Origin: Phormidium sp.
GTDB taxonomy: Bacteria; Cyanobacteriota; Cyanobacteriia; Cyanobacteriales; Aerosakkonemataceae
Assembly: GCA_051013385.1 (NCBI GenBank)
Contig: CP143273.1
Coordinates: forward strand, 96,001-160,000
DNA: 64,000 nucleotides
Direction of reading: 5' to 3'
Position 1 is the first letter of the stretch. Each line of letters opens with the position of its first letter. Positions 60,565 through 64,000 of the stretch are shown piece after piece. The notes beneath the pieces are model-generated. The model was given only the letters and a program-made list of their open reading frames with translations. It ran no database searches and was not told the DNA's origin. The translations under genes were made by a program, and so were the position numbers.

Positions 60565-61273
60565 TTGCTTCCTTTAATTGCTCAAAAGCTTCTTTAGCAG
60601 CCGCTTGTTCCGCCGCTTTTTTGGAATGTCCTTCACCTTTTCCATAAGCTTTGTTATTCACTTTAACCACTGCATTAAACATTTGAGCATTACCCTTAAT
60701 TCGTTTCATTTCCATAACTTCATATATAGGCAAAACTTTGTAGACACTTTGGGTAAGCTCTTGCAATGCAGCTTTATAATTATGACGAGCCGGATCGGAA
60801 ATAATTTCTGCGGCTAACTCTTTGAAATGAGTATCAATCCAAGGACGAACTAACTGTAAATTTTGTGTACTTAAATAGAGAGCACCCATTACCGCTTCTA
60901 AAGCATCTGCTAATCTAGTTTCTCTTCCGGCGACATCGCCAGCAGCACTTTTATCTAACAGTAAATACCGTTCTAATCCGTAAGTATCAGCGATTTTTGC
61001 TAAGATGCGATCGCTCACCAGTTCCGCACGAATACCAGAAAAATCACCTACAGAAGATTGCGGGTAATTCTCCCACAAAAACTCTGCCGCTGCTAACCGC
61101 ACCACTGCATCACCCACAAACTCTAATTGCTCATAATTAGCTTCTGCTGAGAAAGTCGGATGAGTCAGCGCCAAGTCCAATAACTGCCACTTAACTGATG
61201 CAGTTTCAGGTATTCCCAGTTTTTGCACCAAGCTTTCTAATTGACTTTGGCGACGGGGATAGCTGAGATTCAT
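60554..61273 (-). CDS. rnc: Ribonuclease III
   Basis: YEQLEFVGDAV signature, ADALEA, C-terminal dsRBD (SKKAAEQAAA). Confidence 0.94.
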   Translation of the reverse strand: MNLSYPRRQSQLESLVQKLGIPETASVKWQLLDLALTHPTFSAEANYEQLEFVGDAVVRLAAAEFLWENYPQSSVGDFSGIRAELVSDRILAKIADTYGLERYLLLDKSAAGDVAGRETRLADALEAVMGALYLSTQNLQLVRPWIDTHFKELAAEIISDPARHNYKAALQELTQSVYKVLPIYEVMEMKRIKGNAQMFNAVVKVNNKAYGKGEGHSKKAAEQAAAKEAFEQLKEANDY

Positions 61274-61307
61274 TACTACTGTTTATGTTTCCTTTGCAAT
61301 AAAAAAT

Positions 61308-61745
61308 GGAGAGAGCAAGTCATAAGCCGGGTTCTGTTCTCTTAACTATACAAGCTAAGAGGGCAGTTATCTATCTGGGACACCTGTTACCAGATGCCTC
61401 TAGCGGTACCTAATGACGGAACTGGTAAAAGACCAACCATAGTTCCTTCCACCTTGCTCCCAACCGGGGTTTACCGAGCCAACGCCTCTCGACGTTGCTG
61501 GTGCGCTCTTACCGCACCTTTGCACCCTTACCCTCTTAAAGTTATGAGTTTTGAGTTTTAAGTTTTGAATTAACTCATAACTCAAAACTCATAACTCATA
61601 ACTTCAAGAAGGCGGTATCTTTCTGTGGCACTATCCTCACGATCGCTCGCACTGGGCGTTACCCAGCAAGTTCGGTCTTTCGGGAGCCCGGACTTTCCTC
61701 AGACTAGCTTTCGCTACTCTGCAACCGCCTACCCCTACTCTCTCC
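61308..61745 (-). ncRNA. rnpB: RNase P RNA
   Basis: Minus strand reads GAGGAAAGTCCGGGCTCC...AGTGCCACAGAAA...GGTAAACCCCGGTTGGGAGCAAG...AGAACCCGGCTTA. Confidence 0.96.
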
Positions 61746-61777
61746 TATATCTAGTTTAGTTGCGAATTGGGTTTTCC

Positions 61778-63010
61778 TTATCTGTTCCGAACAACTCGTT
61801 GCATTTTAGGTATAGGAACTGAACTGTTAATTTCTGTTTCAGAATCATCTTTAATTGTGGAAAAGTTCTCGAACCAACCCCTGCGCCAGAAGAAGTAAAC
61901 TAAAGCAGCAGCAACCGCAATCATTACAGCCCAGCAAGCTGGATAACCCCAATACCAATTTAACTCCGGCATATTCCAGGGGGATAGTTCTGTATTAAAG
62001 TTCATTCCGTAGACTCCAGCGATAAAAGTCAGGGGAATAAAGATTGTAGAAATTACGGTGAGCAATTTCATGATTTCATTCATTTTATTGCTAATAGAGG
62101 AGAGATAAACATCCATGAGTCCTGAACTTAATTCTCGATATGTTTCCACAATATCGATGACTTGGACTGCGTGATCGTAACAGTCTCGTAGGTATATTCT
62201 GACTTCTGGACTAATCAGGTTGCTACCATCTCGAATTAGGGTATTGAGTGCGTCTCTTTGGGGCCATATTGCCCGACGCAGTGCTAATAATTCTCGCCTA
62301 ATTTTGTAGATTTCTTGTAAAGTTTGTCGGGAGGGATTGCCAACTACTTCATCTTCTAATTCCTCAACACGTTCGCCATAAGCTTCTAAAACGGGAAAAT
62401 AACCGTCAATAATTGCATCTAAAAGTGCATAAGCTAAGTAATCGGCTTTTCTTTGGCGAATGATGCCTTTGTTGTAACGAATGCGATCGCGCACCTTAGC
62501 AAAACAATCTCGTTCTGGTTCTTCCTGTACTGTCAGTAAATAATCTTCTCCTAATACAAAACTTACTTGCTCAATATAAAATCCATGACTGTTGTCTTTG
62601 AGCATTACCATCCAAGCAATGATCACTATTTGCGTGTCAAAATCATCAACTTTGGGACGTTCGGGAACATTAACGACATCTTCCAGAACTAAGGCGTGCA
62701 AATTAAAAACTTTACTTAGTTTTACCCAAGTTTCTTCATTGCCTAATCCTAATACATCCACCCAAGAAACAGAATGAGTATCTAAATAAGGGGCACATTC
62801 TTCCGGTGTGTTAATTTTTAACCTAGTAGCTGAAGCTTCGTTGTAATCTATTAACACAATATCTGGTGGTGGAGCGTCTGAGGGGAGATCGATCGTCCCC
62901 GGCAGACTACCTGGTTCATCATAGTTGTAATCAAAGTAATCTTGTTCTTCCTCTTCTTCTATATCAGGATTTATACTCAGTGTTGCCGATGCAAAATTTC
63001 TTTCTACCAT
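61778..63010 (-). CDS. corA: Magnesium/cobalt transporter CorA
   Basis: YGMNF signature and MPELNW after two TM segments. Confidence 0.95.
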   Translation of the reverse strand: MVERNFASATLSINPDIEEEEEQDYFDYNYDEPGSLPGTIDLPSDAPPPDIVLIDYNEASATRLKINTPEECAPYLDTHSVSWVDVLGLGNEETWVKLSKVFNLHALVLEDVVNVPERPKVDDFDTQIVIIAWMVMLKDNSHGFYIEQVSFVLGEDYLLTVQEEPERDCFAKVRDRIRYNKGIIRQRKADYLAYALLDAIIDGYFPVLEAYGERVEELEDEVVGNPSRQTLQEIYKIRRELLALRRAIWPQRDALNTLIRDGSNLISPEVRIYLRDCYDHAVQVIDIVETYRELSSGLMDVYLSSISNKMNEIMKLLTVISTIFIPLTFIAGVYGMNFNTELSPWNMPELNWYWGYPACWAVMIAVAAALVYFFWRRGWFENFSTIKDDSETEINSSVPIPKMQRVVRNR

Positions 63011-63064
63011 ATCGGTTCAGATCAAATAAATAGTACCTGAGCGTAATATTACACAATTTTAATT

Positions 63065-63156
63065 AAGACAAGATCCCCGACTTCTTCAAGAAGTCGGGGA
63101 TCTGAAAGACAAGATCCCCGACTTCTTCAAGAAGTCGGGGATCTGAAGGGATCTGA
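63065..63156. repeat. Tandem palindromic repeat AGATCCCCGACTTC...GAAGTCGGGGATCT downstream of groEL
   Basis: Two perfect hairpin units; same family as 26892-26981. Confidence 0.8.
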
Positions 63157-63185
63157 GTAGCAATTTTACTCAAACATTGGTGACA

Positions 63186-64000
<815 letters not shown>

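Noticed and set aside
61400..61585. 61-aa ORF
   Set aside because: Lies within rnpB

Overview
Cyanobacterial chromosomal DNA: frequent HIP1 GCGATCGC sites, heptamer/octamer tandem repeats, photosynthesis genes, probably a filamentous taxon (inference). Housekeeping genes include cobT (partial), a Crp-family regulator, surE, pgsA, msrA, ndhD, psb32, rnc, rnpB, corA and groEL (partial). Accessory content: a toxin-antitoxin cluster at 7.5-11.9 kb; a complete guanidine-utilisation operon (NtcA box, guanidine-I riboswitch, Ni-dependent guanidine hydrolase, HypA/HypB-like chaperones, ABC transporter); a Rieske/NifX-like/rhodanese redox cluster; a methyltransferase plus putative endonuclease pair; and several MITEs. 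The most striking structure is a three-layer nest at about 35.5-41.4 kb. An IS200/IS605-type tnpB element has its right-end/omega-RNA region interrupted by a group II intron, with EBS1-IBS1 pairing visible. That intron carries, in a small domain-I hairpin loop, an IS607-type element whose TnpB lacks the RuvC-III aspartate and the zinc finger. The intron's own reverse transcriptase has lost its catalytic core. All calls come from reading the sequence; no database searches were run.
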